A stretch of 64,000 nt of DNA from positions 6,205-70,204 of the forward strand of contig CANRIL010000005.1 in assembly GCA_947630625.1 (NCBI GenBank), in the 5' to 3' direction. The notes under the pieces are model-generated. The model was not told the origin of the DNA, did not search any database, and saw only the letters and a list, made by a program, of their open reading frames with translations. Below, one piece after another: positions 1 through 9,540 of the stretch. The first letter of the stretch is position 1; each line of letters begins with the position of its first letter. The position numbers and the translations under genes are program-made. Origin of the DNA: an uncultured Clostridia bacterium. Its GTDB lineage: Bacteria > Bacillota > Clostridia > Oscillospirales > CAG-272.

Positions 1-1041
1 CGTCAGATAAAGATTCGAGACAAGCTGGAAAACGGAACCTGCGGCAACCATCAGGTCGTCGCCCACCGCAGCGCCCTTGACTCCGAGCGCGATGTTGCAG
101 ATCGCTGAAATGATCGAGAGAACGAACGCCGGCATTATCGTCATAGTCATGTCGAAGCATGAGAAGCTGCCGCGGAATATGCCGCGTATCAGCCTTGTGC
201 CGTAGCCCTGGAAAACCTGTATGTATCCCTTTGACCAACGGAGGCGCTGCCGCCATGACTGCGCAAACGTGACGGGCTGCTCGTCAAAAAGCTCGGCTCC
301 CGGACAGAACGCGATCTTGCGCCCGCCGACGATCTGTTCAACCGAAAACTGTATATCCTCGGTGAGCATATGATACGGCCAGTCCCCGATCTCGTCCGCC
401 ACCTTGCGGCTGAACATAAATCCGGTACCGGACACGGCGCAGCTCGACCCGAGAAGGAAGCGCGCGTGATTCAAATAACGGCTCTCGCGCAGAAACCAGA
501 GCGCGTAGCCCGCGCTTATCCAGTTCGTGCCGAAATTTTTGCTGTTGCGATAGCTTGTTATAACGTCGTGCCCCGCCGTGAACGTGCGGTTCATTTCCTC
601 TATATAATTTGGGGCGAGGATATTGTCGGCGTCAAACACAAAATAGCCGTCAAATCCGTCGGGGTAGTCGTTTTTAAGATGCCTCATGAGCTCCGTCAGC
701 GCGTATCCCTTGCCGATGAGCTCCTTGTTCTCCCGCGTGTATACTACGGCGCCCTCAGCCTTTGCGACTTCCGCCGTGTTGTCCGTACAATTGTCGGCGA
801 GAACGAATATATTTATGAGGCGCTGGTCGTAAGTCTGGGACCTGACGCTTCTTATCAGGTCACCGATGACCTCCGCCTCGTTGCGTGCGCAGATGAGAAC
901 TGCGAATTTATGCGGTTTGCTTTCGGTATATATCTTCCTTTTGCGAAAGAACCAGACAAGCGGAATGAAAAGAAACTGATATGCGTAACAGACAGAAAAC
1001 ACTATGGTAATAATATAGTTGATATACCTGAGTGTCTCCAC
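1..1041 (-). CDS. Family 2 glycosyltransferase (membrane-bound synthase type). The C-terminal part runs off the left edge of the window.
   Basis: Absent from the ORF track because it has no stop in the window. My own minus-strand translation gives ...KFAVLICARNEAEVIGDLIRSVRSQTY...YFVFDADN...GTGFMF...TEDIQFS...QSWRQRLRWSKGY..., showing the DxD-type motif and the QxxRW motif of GT2 enzymes. A CCTCCC (GGGAGG on minus) sits at 1052-1057. The start is assigned to GTG 1041-1039 and is uncertain. The + ORF 370..1080 is its antisense shadow. Confidence 0.75.
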   Translation of the reverse strand, partial: METLRYINYIITIVFSVCYAYQFLFIPLVWFFRKRKIYTESKPHKFAVLICARNEAEVIGDLIRSVRSQTYDQRLINIFVLADNCTDNTAEVAKAEGAVVYTRENKELIGKGYALTELMRHLKNDYPDGFDGYFVFDADNILAPNYIEEMNRTFTAGHDVITSYRNSKNFGTNWISAGYALWFLRESRYLNHARFLLGSSCAVSGTGFMFSRKVADEIGDWPYHMLTEDIQFSVEQIVGGRKIAFCPGAELFDEQPVTFAQSWRQRLRWSKGYIQVFQGYGTRLIRGIFRGSFSCFDMTMTIMPAFVLSIISAICNIALGVKGAAVGDDLMVAAGSVFQLVSNLYLT

Positions 1042-1333
1042 AGCATCAAAGCCTCCCTTCAATGTAATATCTATGGCTGAAAATCAGATCCCGGCGCTCG
1101 CGCGCGTTAAAGCAGGGGCGGCAAAACCGTCCGCGTTATTATTTTATATAATAGTCCGAAGGCGTTTTTTTGTCAAGTGTTTTCGGCCTTTTTTATTTGT
1201 GAAGATTAAATAAAAATCGCCTTTTGAATATACAGAAAACGTCTATCGGGGAGAGGTTTTTTCATATTTCGTTTTTTCCCGTCACGATAATATTTTTTGC
1301 CCTCCCGCCCTGTGACATTCCTTCCGGGAAAGC

Positions 1334-1813
1334 TCATCCGGTTATAACGACATCCGCCTCTCCCATCTCCGGCGGCTCGAACCGCGACAGAAATTTCGCC
1401 TCCAGCCCCTCGTCGACATAGTAGGCACACGCGACCCCGGCAAGCACCTCGCCGTTTCGCCTGTCGATTCGGCGGCGGCGCTCCTTTTCGCCGATATCAA
1501 GATAATGAAGCTCGCATTCGATCCCGCGAGAGATGAAAAATTCCCTCGCGGATTCGCGGCTCGCCTTCGTCCAGAAGCCCCAGTCAAGTATAACGCCGAC
1601 CCCGGCAGCGACGATTTTTTCCGACAGCCCGAAAAGATACGATTGCGCGCCGCGCGCCCATTCGTCGTGCCGCTCGCCGGCATCCTGCCCGAACACGGAA
1701 AGCATCAGCTCGTCGCACGACAAGATCACGCCGCCGCGCTCCTCGCGCAGCCGCTCCGCGTATGTAGTCTTCCCGCAGCACAGCGTGCCGCATATGAGCG
1801 TTGCTTTTGCCAT
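1334..1813 (-). CDS. Small P-loop NTPase/kinase (AAA_33/zeta-toxin-like fold)
   Basis: 159 aa. Walker A is near the N-terminus (LICGTLCCGKTTYAERL), followed by a DxxxxxF-type segment. It starts 4 nt downstream of the CotH gene stop on the same strand. Confidence 0.6.
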   Translation of the reverse strand: MAKATLICGTLCCGKTTYAERLREERGGVILSCDELMLSVFGQDAGERHDEWARGAQSYLFGLSEKIVAAGVGVILDWGFWTKASRESAREFFISRGIECELHYLDIGEKERRRRIDRRNGEVLAGVACAYYVDEGLEAKFLSRFEPPEMGEADVVITG

Positions 1814-1816
1814 ATC

Positions 1817-4513
1817 CTACATCTCTCCTATCTCTTTATCCATCCACTCAAATCTGTTTTTCATGTAATTACGCAGATATTCAAGGTGCCCCGCGTACGT
1901 CTTGATCTTCACCGTCTCCTTGTTCTCGAACTGCACCTTTAAGCCGAGAATTTTCCAGCGCCTGAAATTTTCGAGCGCCGACGGCGTCAGCACCTCTTCC
2001 GCCTCGTCGACCGTTTCAAGTCCCGTTTTCAGCATCAGAGCGCCGACCTCCGCCCACCGCGCCTTGAGCCGAGAGATGAAATTTTCGTCCTTGAGCAGAT
2101 ATTTCATGATATTTTCTTCGATATAATTGTCGGACGCGTCCGTCTTCGGCGTTCCGAGGCAGATCCATTCCGAGAATTTGGCGCTGTCAAGCACGAAATT
2201 GCCGAACGCGTAGTCAAAATCCCACGGCGTGCAGAAGTAGAGCTTCCCGCCCTTTTCCTTAAGCAGAAAGTCGCTCCTGCGGAACATGCCGTCAATGTTA
2301 TATGAAAACTCGTAAAGCAAAAACCAGTCGATCAGTGAATCGACATCGAGAAGGGACTCATAGTCGCCGCCGTCAACGATCGCGTCCTCGACAGATTTGA
2401 CGTAATCGCTTATGAAATCGAACTGTTCCTTTGTCAGGACATCCTCCTCGGGATTTTTTATGAGAATATATTTAAGCAGCTTATGTGAAAAATTCGCGTA
2501 GCCGAAGCTCGTTTTCGTCACCTCGCCGCCGATCTCAAGGAAATAATCGGTGTCTATCTCCGTCGAATTTTCCTCGCCCGGGACGCGCCCCTCGTTTACC
2601 TCGACCTGCTCGCTTATCTGATATACTCCCATGTATTCGCCGTTGACGAACACGTCTACCATATACGCGCCCGGAACGAACACGAGCCCGTCAAGCACGG
2701 AACCGATCGAATACGCGAGCTTGTTCCTTATGAGCGAGCGGTCTGTGTGGTTGGCGATGAGCGTCCATTTTTTTGCCTTTTTGAGCCCGAACAGCTTGAC
2801 GCCGCTCTCGAACTTGATCTTGTACGGCTTCTTTTCAAGCTTCCATGAGGAATTCCCGCGACCCCTGATCCCCATCCGCGCGCCGCTGATATCGTCGTAA
2901 TCGTATGCGCCGTTATAGTCGATGGAAAATGTCCCTCCTATATATTCATCCTGCGAGGTGATCGCAGCTCCGCCGTCCGTCGTGATGTTTACGATCGGGA
3001 GCTTATATTCGCTGCTGTAAAAATTGACTTTGTAGCCGCGCGTCTTCCCTTCGCCGTCCGTTATAACGCAGTAACAGCCGCCGTCCGTCCGCAAAACCTC
3101 GCTTTTGCCGTCGCCGGAAAGGGCGACGATGATCTTCGCATTGTCGGGGTCTATGTTGTCCGCGTATCCGAGCTCAAGGTCGATGACGTTGCCGTCCGGG
3201 ACGAACTCGCGGTAGTTTTTCCCGACCTTGACGCGGCCTGATACGACCTCCGTTTTCCCGTCACCGCCCATGAGCGGGTCTGTCGGCTCGCCGTTATAGG
3301 AGCGGACGTTCATATACCGCTCGACATAGCCAAGCTCAGGTCCGCCCTCCCATATTACGCCACAGAGGGGCGCATCTATGCGTAATTTACCGTATATAGG
3401 CTCATTTTCGGCGCAGCCGACGGCGATTTCCGATTCCTCGTCGGTCAAAATCAATATTTCGCCGTCGGAGTCGATGTTTCCGGAAAACGATATCCCGATC
3501 GGCCGCGTCACAACTCCGCCGCCGATTTTAAAGTCGCCCTCACATACGAGCTTTTCAACATAAGGTTTTATACCGAGCACGCCGTCAGACGACAACAGCT
3601 CCGCCCAGTCATTTTGCGAGTCGACATAGACCTCCCCGTAGTCAATGCTTTTGCCGTTGACGGACGCGGCGTAGACGTAAAACGGACGCTCTTCAAGAAA
3701 CGCGCCGAACGGTACCGACACGGTAAAATTCCACTCCGGCGCGTCGCACAATATCCGCCCGCACCGAATCGAATCCGCGCCGTCGTTTATGATCTTCATC
3801 TCTCCCGCCTTGCCGGACGCGAAAATAAGATCGCCCTCCGTCTCAAATGTGAACCCGTCAGTCACCCATTCAAACGGCTCGGTCACGGTAAAGTCGCCGG
3901 ACGCCGTTATGTCGCATATCATTATGACCGTGTCCGCCCCAAAGGCGACGGCGCTTGCGGACGAGGCATACATCAGCTCCCCGTCACCGCCCGAAAGCAG
4001 CAGAGAACACGTATATTCGCCGGACCCAAAATCAAGTCCGCCAAGCTCGACAGTATATTTACCGTCTTCAAACACCGGCTCGACTCTTACCGTGCCGCCG
4101 CTCCCGTCCATCCGGTCAAAAAGGAGCGACACCGCGACGCCGGGGAGCGTACATTCAACGGTCAGCTCCCGTTCGCCGCCCGCGTCAAAAACCGGATCGA
4201 AAACGGTATCGTCAAGCGTTGAAAACAGCGTTTTCCCGCTGCCGGCGCACACCGTGAGCCCTGCCGGAGGATTTTCCGCGTCCCCGCCGATCGTTTCTCC
4301 GCCCGTGGCGGCGGGATTTCCTGTGGCGTCGTGCTCCCCAGTACCGGCAGGGCCGCGCCGCATGAAGAGCGAGACAGGTATGATCACGCACGCGGCGATC
4401 ACCGCGGCGAGCGACAGCGCAAGCGCGATAAATATTATTTTTTTGCGCTCAAGACCGCCCATGACCGCCCCTCCCGGCAAATTTTTTTGATGCGTTTTTG
4501 CGAAAATCCGCAC
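1817..4513 (-). CDS. CotH kinase-family protein with an N-terminal membrane anchor and a long beta-rich extracellular region
   Basis: 898 aa. TM helix KKIIFIALALSLAAVIAACVIIPV. The C-terminal half has CotH signatures (GIRGRGNSSWKLEKKPYKIKF, KKWTLIANHTDRSLIRNKLAY, WDFDYAFGN). An alternative start lies at 4462 (MGGLERKK). Confidence 0.75.
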   Translation of the reverse strand: MRIFAKTHQKNLPGGAVMGGLERKKIIFIALALSLAAVIAACVIIPVSLFMRRGPAGTGEHDATGNPAATGGETIGGDAENPPAGLTVCAGSGKTLFSTLDDTVFDPVFDAGGERELTVECTLPGVAVSLLFDRMDGSGGTVRVEPVFEDGKYTVELGGLDFGSGEYTCSLLLSGGDGELMYASSASAVAFGADTVIMICDITASGDFTVTEPFEWVTDGFTFETEGDLIFASGKAGEMKIINDGADSIRCGRILCDAPEWNFTVSVPFGAFLEERPFYVYAASVNGKSIDYGEVYVDSQNDWAELLSSDGVLGIKPYVEKLVCEGDFKIGGGVVTRPIGISFSGNIDSDGEILILTDEESEIAVGCAENEPIYGKLRIDAPLCGVIWEGGPELGYVERYMNVRSYNGEPTDPLMGGDGKTEVVSGRVKVGKNYREFVPDGNVIDLELGYADNIDPDNAKIIVALSGDGKSEVLRTDGGCYCVITDGEGKTRGYKVNFYSSEYKLPIVNITTDGGAAITSQDEYIGGTFSIDYNGAYDYDDISGARMGIRGRGNSSWKLEKKPYKIKFESGVKLFGLKKAKKWTLIANHTDRSLIRNKLAYSIGSVLDGLVFVPGAYMVDVFVNGEYMGVYQISEQVEVNEGRVPGEENSTEIDTDYFLEIGGEVTKTSFGYANFSHKLLKYILIKNPEEDVLTKEQFDFISDYVKSVEDAIVDGGDYESLLDVDSLIDWFLLYEFSYNIDGMFRRSDFLLKEKGGKLYFCTPWDFDYAFGNFVLDSAKFSEWICLGTPKTDASDNYIEENIMKYLLKDENFISRLKARWAEVGALMLKTGLETVDEAEEVLTPSALENFRRWKILGLKVQFENKETVKIKTYAGHLEYLRNYMKNRFEWMDKEIGEM

Positions 4514-4698
4514 GCATAAAATTTTTCGACAATATTATATCAATTTTTCGCCGCTTTGTAAATATCGTTATGTTTCCTGCCGCGCCTTTAATGAACGCGC
4601 GTTTTGAATATTTCCCACGCGCGAAACCAAATGCGCGGCCTGCCGCAATTTTCTGCCGCAAGCCGCGCCCGAATTCCTCATTTATTGATTAAACGATG

Positions 4699-5670
4699 TC
4701 ACGTCCAGAGCTCGCGCCAATCGGACGCGCCTTCCCACAAAAACACCTGTCCCTTCACAAGGCGGCAGTTCCTGTCCGCGCGGGCGAGGGCTTCCATTTC
4801 CGCGTCCGTAAGCGGATCAGAGCATACGGCGTCAAGATTTGACCTGTACTGCGCCTCCTTGACCGAGAACGGTATCGGGACAGCTCCGCGCTGACTCGCC
4901 CACTTAAGACACACGGCAGCCGGATGAACGCCGTGCGCCCCGGCGACGGTCTTCACCTCCGGCAGCTCCATCGCCGCCGCGTCGTCCTCCGTCCTGTCGC
5001 GCTCCGGGCGAGACGGGGAACCGAGCGGACAAAATCCGATCGGGCGTATGCCGCGCTCAAGCGCGTACCGGAACAGCTCCGGCTGCTGGAACGCGGGGTG
5101 AAGCTCCATTTCAAGCGCGGACGGCATGATCTCTACGTGCGGGAGCACCGCCTCAAGCTTTGATACCGTCATATTTGAAACCCCTATCGCGCGGATCAGC
5201 CCGTCGCGGTACAATTCTTCGCATTGCCTATACGTCGAGATAAATTCATCGACCGAGAACGGCACCGAATCTTTATTGCGCGCGTCTCCCGCGCAGCCCG
5301 GCGCGTGATAATTCGGGAACGGCCAGTGTATGAAATAAAGGTCAAGATATGAAAGTCCTAAAGCTGAAAGCGAGCGCTCGCACGATTTTCTCACCTCGCG
5401 GTGATGGTCATTCCACACCTTCGAGGTGACGAATATATCCTCCCTGCCGACGACTCCCTCATCAAACAGCCTTTTAAGCGAACCGCCGATCTCGCGTTCG
5501 TTCCCGTATACCTCGGCGCAGTCTATCAACCGGTACCCGTATTTTACCGCGCCGTAAACGGCGTTCGCTATCTCGTCCGCCGTATATTTATCAGACCCGA
5601 ACGTTCCGATCCCGATCGCCGGCATCGTGTGGCCGTTATTCAGTATGTACGTATGCGCCGTCATCGTCAT
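4699..5670 (-). CDS. Aldo/keto reductase
   Basis: 323 aa. AKR motifs GYRLIDCAEVYGNEREIG, LDLYFIHWP, IGVSN. The start ATG overlaps the stop of the upstream dehydrogenase (ATGA at 5667-5670). Confidence 0.85.
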   Translation of the reverse strand: MTMTAHTYILNNGHTMPAIGIGTFGSDKYTADEIANAVYGAVKYGYRLIDCAEVYGNEREIGGSLKRLFDEGVVGREDIFVTSKVWNDHHREVRKSCERSLSALGLSYLDLYFIHWPFPNYHAPGCAGDARNKDSVPFSVDEFISTYRQCEELYRDGLIRAIGVSNMTVSKLEAVLPHVEIMPSALEMELHPAFQQPELFRYALERGIRPIGFCPLGSPSRPERDRTEDDAAAMELPEVKTVAGAHGVHPAAVCLKWASQRGAVPIPFSVKEAQYRSNLDAVCSDPLTDAEMEALARADRNCRLVKGQVFLWEGASDWRELWT

Positions 5671-6743
5671 TCACCGGGGAAAACGACCGCGACCTTGCCG
5701 CATTTTCCGGACGCCATAAGCTCGTATGCCTCTCCGGCTTTCTCAAGCGGGAACTCGTGCGTTATCAGCTCTTCCGGGTGGATCCCCCATCTGACGAGCA
5801 GCTCCACCAGCTCCTCCATCTTCCATAAGCTCGTGACCCACGAGCCGTATATTGTCTTCTGCCCGTGAATTATGTCGGGGCTCGGCGTAAACGAGCACGT
5901 CCCGCCCTCTCCGACGAATGCGATCTTCCCCCATTCGCGCGTGCCGCGGATCGCGAGGACCCGCCCGGGGTCGGAGGCGGAAGCGTCTATGGCGCGCTCG
6001 CACCCTTTGCCGCCAGTGACTTCCATTATATGCCGGAGCGCGCTTTCGTCCGACTTGAACACGTAGTCGGCAAGACCGAGCTTTCGGCAGAGCTCGATCC
6101 TGTAATCGGAAAGCTCGACGCCGATAAGCGTTCTCGCCCCCATCGCGCGGCACAGCATCAGCGCGGCGAGCCCGACAGGGCCGAGCCCCGTCACAAGCAC
6201 CGCGTCCGCGCCGGAAACGCCGATTTTGTCAATAGCCTCATACACTGTCCCGAACCCGCACGCGACCTGCGCCCCGTCCTTATACGACAGCTCGTCCGGC
6301 AGCGCGATCAGGTCCTTTTCGTCGCAGAGCATGTAAGGCGCCATACCGCCGTTTCGCTGCCAGCCGTATGCGGCGCGGTACTTGCTCTTGCACGAAATAT
6401 AATACCCCCGGCGGCAGTCATAGCAGACGCCGCAGCCCGAAATGTGATATACGATCACGCGGTCGCCGACGCCGAACCGGCGGCACCCCTCTCCCGCCTT
6501 GACGATAACGCCGCACGGCTCGTGTCCCGCGACCGTGCCGGGAATGTATCCTTCCGCCCCCTTGCCCGTGTGCTCACGGTAAATGCAGCGAATGTCCGAG
6601 CCGCAGATCGTCGTCGCCCTTGTCGCGACAATGACCTGACCGAAGCCGGGCTCCGGCACTTCAAATTCGCGCAGCTCAACTGTTGAATTTCCGGGCAGGA
6701 TCGCGCCCGTCATCGTCTTCGGGATAATGATCTCGTTTTCCAT
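5667..6743 (-). CDS. Zinc-dependent alcohol/polyol dehydrogenase (MDR family)
   Basis: 358 aa. GHEPCGVIV zinc-ligand motif, structural-zinc Cys cluster (CGVCYDCRRGYYISC), GLGPVGL Rossmann motif. Confidence 0.85.
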   Translation of the reverse strand: MENEIIIPKTMTGAILPGNSTVELREFEVPEPGFGQVIVATRATTICGSDIRCIYREHTGKGAEGYIPGTVAGHEPCGVIVKAGEGCRRFGVGDRVIVYHISGCGVCYDCRRGYYISCKSKYRAAYGWQRNGGMAPYMLCDEKDLIALPDELSYKDGAQVACGFGTVYEAIDKIGVSGADAVLVTGLGPVGLAALMLCRAMGARTLIGVELSDYRIELCRKLGLADYVFKSDESALRHIMEVTGGKGCERAIDASASDPGRVLAIRGTREWGKIAFVGEGGTCSFTPSPDIIHGQKTIYGSWVTSLWKMEELVELLVRWGIHPEELITHEFPLEKAGEAYELMASGKCGKVAVVFPGE

Positions 6744-7051
6744 ATGCTTTCCTTACATTTTCATAAAAATTATGCGCCCGTCCGCCGTCGGCGCACTTTT
6801 CCTTTTATAGTATACCATCGAAATGATCAAATCGGAAAAATAATTATGCGACTTTCTTTTGAATATTACGGTTATTTTTTTGTTTCACCCAATCTCAAAG
6901 GCGCAAGCGCCGCCCCCGCGGCGCTTTTATAGCGGGACTGTCAGCGGCTCTTTCCGGGATGAGTCTTTTTCGGCGCGTATGCGCGCTTCCCGCCGCGCAA
7001 GGCGGGAATTGTTAACAATTTGTAAACTTGATGAAAAATCATTGAAATCAG

Positions 7052-7080
7052 TTTACAGGCAAAAGAATTGGTGATACAAT
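7052..7080 (+). promoter_or_regulatory. Sigma-70-type promoter upstream of the LtaS-like gene
   Basis: TTTACA (7052-7057), 17 nt, TACAAT (7075-7080), with TG at -15/-14 (extended -10). A GGGAGGG RBS precedes ATG 7139. Confidence 0.5.
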
Positions 7081-7138
7081 AAGCGGCAGCGGCAATTCCC
7101 GGCTCAGCCGAACCGGCAAGTCCTTTAAGGGAGGGTCT

Positions 7139-8974
7139 ATGAACGACAGTTACACTGAAATAAACGACTTTCACTCCCCGTCGAAAGAGGAGTTATCCGC
7201 GCTCGCAGGCTCTCTTGAGCGCGGCGAGCCGACGCCGGCGCCGAAAGCACGAGGCAAATGGCGCGAGCTGACGCTTGACAAACGTCCTGCCTCGCTGCGG
7301 CTCACCGTCGCACTGCTCGTTTCGTTCGCGTTCGCGTTCACGTTCACGCTGTTCGGGCCATATGAGCTCTATATACAGAGCGAACGTTATCTGACATTCC
7401 CGTTTTCCGACTTTGCGCTGCCTATGGCGCTCGTCGCGCTCGGCGTCTTCGCCCTGCTCTTCGCCATCCTTTCGCTTCTGCGCGGAAAGCTCTACAACTA
7501 CGCAGTCTCCGTCGTCTTTGCCGTAACGATAACAGGCTACATTCAGCGCAATTTCTTAAATATTGACCACGGCGCGCTCGACGGGCACGCGATCGAATGG
7601 ACAAAATTCGCGCTTCAGGGCGTTTTAAACTTCGTATTCTGGTGCCTCATGCTCGCCGCCGTGCTCGCGCTCTTATATTTCAGCCGCAAAGGCTGGACGA
7701 ACACGGTGCGCGCGCTGTCGGCGTTTCTCATAGTTGTGCAGACCGTCGCCCTCGTCTCGATGTTTATCACCGACCCGCCGAAAAAGAAGCCTGACGACGT
7801 TATTTCGTCCGACGCGGACATATATAACGTAACGACGGGAAACAACGTCATCTTCTTCCTGCTTGACAGATTCGACAACGTCTACGCGGACGCAGTCATG
7901 GACTCAAATCCGCAGTGGGAGGAGGACTTAAAGGGCTTCACCTACTACCACAACTTCACCGGCAGCTACACGCGCACGATGCCCTCCGTCACCTATCTGC
8001 TTACGGGCGTCAAGTGCGACTACCTGATCCCGTATAACGATTACTTTAAAGAGGCGTGGTCGAGCTCGAAGTTTCTCGTCGACATCCGGGACGCGGGATA
8101 CAAAAGGCGCATTTACACAGATCAGTCATACGCGGTCGGGGACCCCGGAAACCTGCTCGGGCTCGCCGACAATTTCATAGAAAACAAGCAGACGACGAAC
8201 CGCGGGAAGATGCTCCGTTATATGCTGAGCCTGTCCGCATACGTTTACAGCCCCGAGCTTTTCAAGCCTTACTTCGTCGTCTACACGGGCGACCTCGCCT
8301 CGGTCAGCACGGCGGAGCGCGACGACCTCTCGGTATATAAGGTCAACGACCCCGCGTTCTGGAACGGATACCGCGACGACGGGATCACGGTCGAGGACGG
8401 CGCGGGAATGTTCACATTCTATCATCTGTCAGGTCCGCATGAACCGTATCTGCTCGATGAAAACGGCTACAAAATGGACAAGTCCTACGAGATAAAGGAC
8501 TTATACAGGCAGACGACAGGCGACATGAACATGATCTTTGCCTACATTGCCGAGCTCAAAGAAAAAGGGCTTTACGACAACACGACGATCATAATTTCCG
8601 CCGATCACGGGAGGACCGGCACGATGACGGCGCTCAACGATGTCCGCTGCCTTGCGCTGTTCATCAAGCCCGCCGGGGCGGACGGCACACAGCCGATGAA
8701 GATATCGCAAAAGCAGATCTGTCAGGACAACCTGCGCGCCTCGATCATTTCATATTTCGGGCTCGACGCGTCCGCGTACGGCAGAACTATTGAGTCCATC
8801 GGCGAGGACGAGGACGTAACGCGGTACTTCTATATGCAGGGCTCCGACGAGGAGCGCCGCCACCGCGACGTTGAGATCGTCACCTATGAGATAAAGGGAG
8901 ACGCAAATAAATTTGAAAACTGGAAAGAGGTCGGGCGCGACCCGATCCGCTACCCATACTACGACGCACACTGA
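7139..8974 (+). CDS. LTA-synthase/sulfatase-family membrane phosphotransferase (LtaS-like)
   Basis: 611 aa. About 5 N-terminal TM helices, then an extracellular sulfatase-like domain (NVIFFLLDRFDN..., HLSGPHEPY, IIISADHG). Confidence 0.7.
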   Translation: MNDSYTEINDFHSPSKEELSALAGSLERGEPTPAPKARGKWRELTLDKRPASLRLTVALLVSFAFAFTFTLFGPYELYIQSERYLTFPFSDFALPMALVALGVFALLFAILSLLRGKLYNYAVSVVFAVTITGYIQRNFLNIDHGALDGHAIEWTKFALQGVLNFVFWCLMLAAVLALLYFSRKGWTNTVRALSAFLIVVQTVALVSMFITDPPKKKPDDVISSDADIYNVTTGNNVIFFLLDRFDNVYADAVMDSNPQWEEDLKGFTYYHNFTGSYTRTMPSVTYLLTGVKCDYLIPYNDYFKEAWSSSKFLVDIRDAGYKRRIYTDQSYAVGDPGNLLGLADNFIENKQTTNRGKMLRYMLSLSAYVYSPELFKPYFVVYTGDLASVSTAERDDLSVYKVNDPAFWNGYRDDGITVEDGAGMFTFYHLSGPHEPYLLDENGYKMDKSYEIKDLYRQTTGDMNMIFAYIAELKEKGLYDNTTIIISADHGRTGTMTALNDVRCLALFIKPAGADGTQPMKISQKQICQDNLRASIISYFGLDASAYGRTIESIGEDEDVTRYFYMQGSDEERRHRDVEIVTYEIKGDANKFENWKEVGRDPIRYPYYDAH

Positions 8975-8994
8975 CGAAAAGGAGCCGTCCGAGA

Positions 8995-9522
8995 ATGGAA
9001 ACGCAGTTGTTTTTTATGATATCGATCCCGCGCGCCTCTGTGAGCGCGTACATAGACCCGTCCGCGATGACGTACATCATTCAGATAATCGCGGGCGTCG
9101 CGATAGCGGCGGGAGCCGCCTTCGGCTTCTATATCCGGAAGCTTAAGCGCGTGTTCTCAAAGTTTGGCAAGGATAGTGACAGCGACGACAGCTGGGACTA
9201 CGACGAGGACGATGACGACGACACCGGATTCGGCGACTACGAGCTCCCGGAAGAGGCTGCCGCCACACCCGCCGGACAAACGGCGGAGCCGACGATAAAA
9301 GCTCAAAACGATTCCGTAAAAATCCCCGATTATCTCAGCGCCGCGCCTGAATACGCGGAATCGGTCGAGACTCCCAAGCCCGACATATACGACGAAACGG
9401 GCGGGGAGGGCGGACTTCTCGCCGAGAACCGGGAGCTGCGCCGCCAGCTCGCGCTTGAACGCGAAAAAGTCGAGATACTCATGCGCGCGCTTAACGTCTG
9501 CACCGAAAAGCGCGGCAAATAA
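8995..9522 (+). CDS. Hypothetical single-pass membrane protein with an acidic tract and a C-terminal coiled coil
   Basis: 175 aa. TM MTYIIQIIAGVAIAAGAAFGFYI, then DSDSDDSWDYDEDDDDD and LRRQLALEREKVEILMRAL. Tightly spaced between the LtaS-like and YidC-TagF genes. The true start may be an internal Met. Confidence 0.45.
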   Translation: METQLFFMISIPRASVSAYIDPSAMTYIIQIIAGVAIAAGAAFGFYIRKLKRVFSKFGKDSDSDDSWDYDEDDDDDTGFGDYELPEEAAATPAGQTAEPTIKAQNDSVKIPDYLSAAPEYAESVETPKPDIYDETGGEGGLLAENRELRRQLALEREKVEILMRALNVCTEKRGK

Positions 9523-9540
9523 CTGCGGGGGGCACGCGAT

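Noticed and set aside
370-1080. 236-aa + strand ORF, and similar long ORFs antisense to real genes: 9157..9903, 10237..11010, 11814..12638, 14302..15111, 22405..23136, 27624..28643, 31945..33300, 48514..49176, 57531..58268.
   Set aside because: They lie entirely antisense to ORFs with clear family motifs. Their translations are Arg/Ala/Pro-rich and low in complexity, and they show no motifs or RBS. These are typical shadow ORFs of GC-rich DNA.
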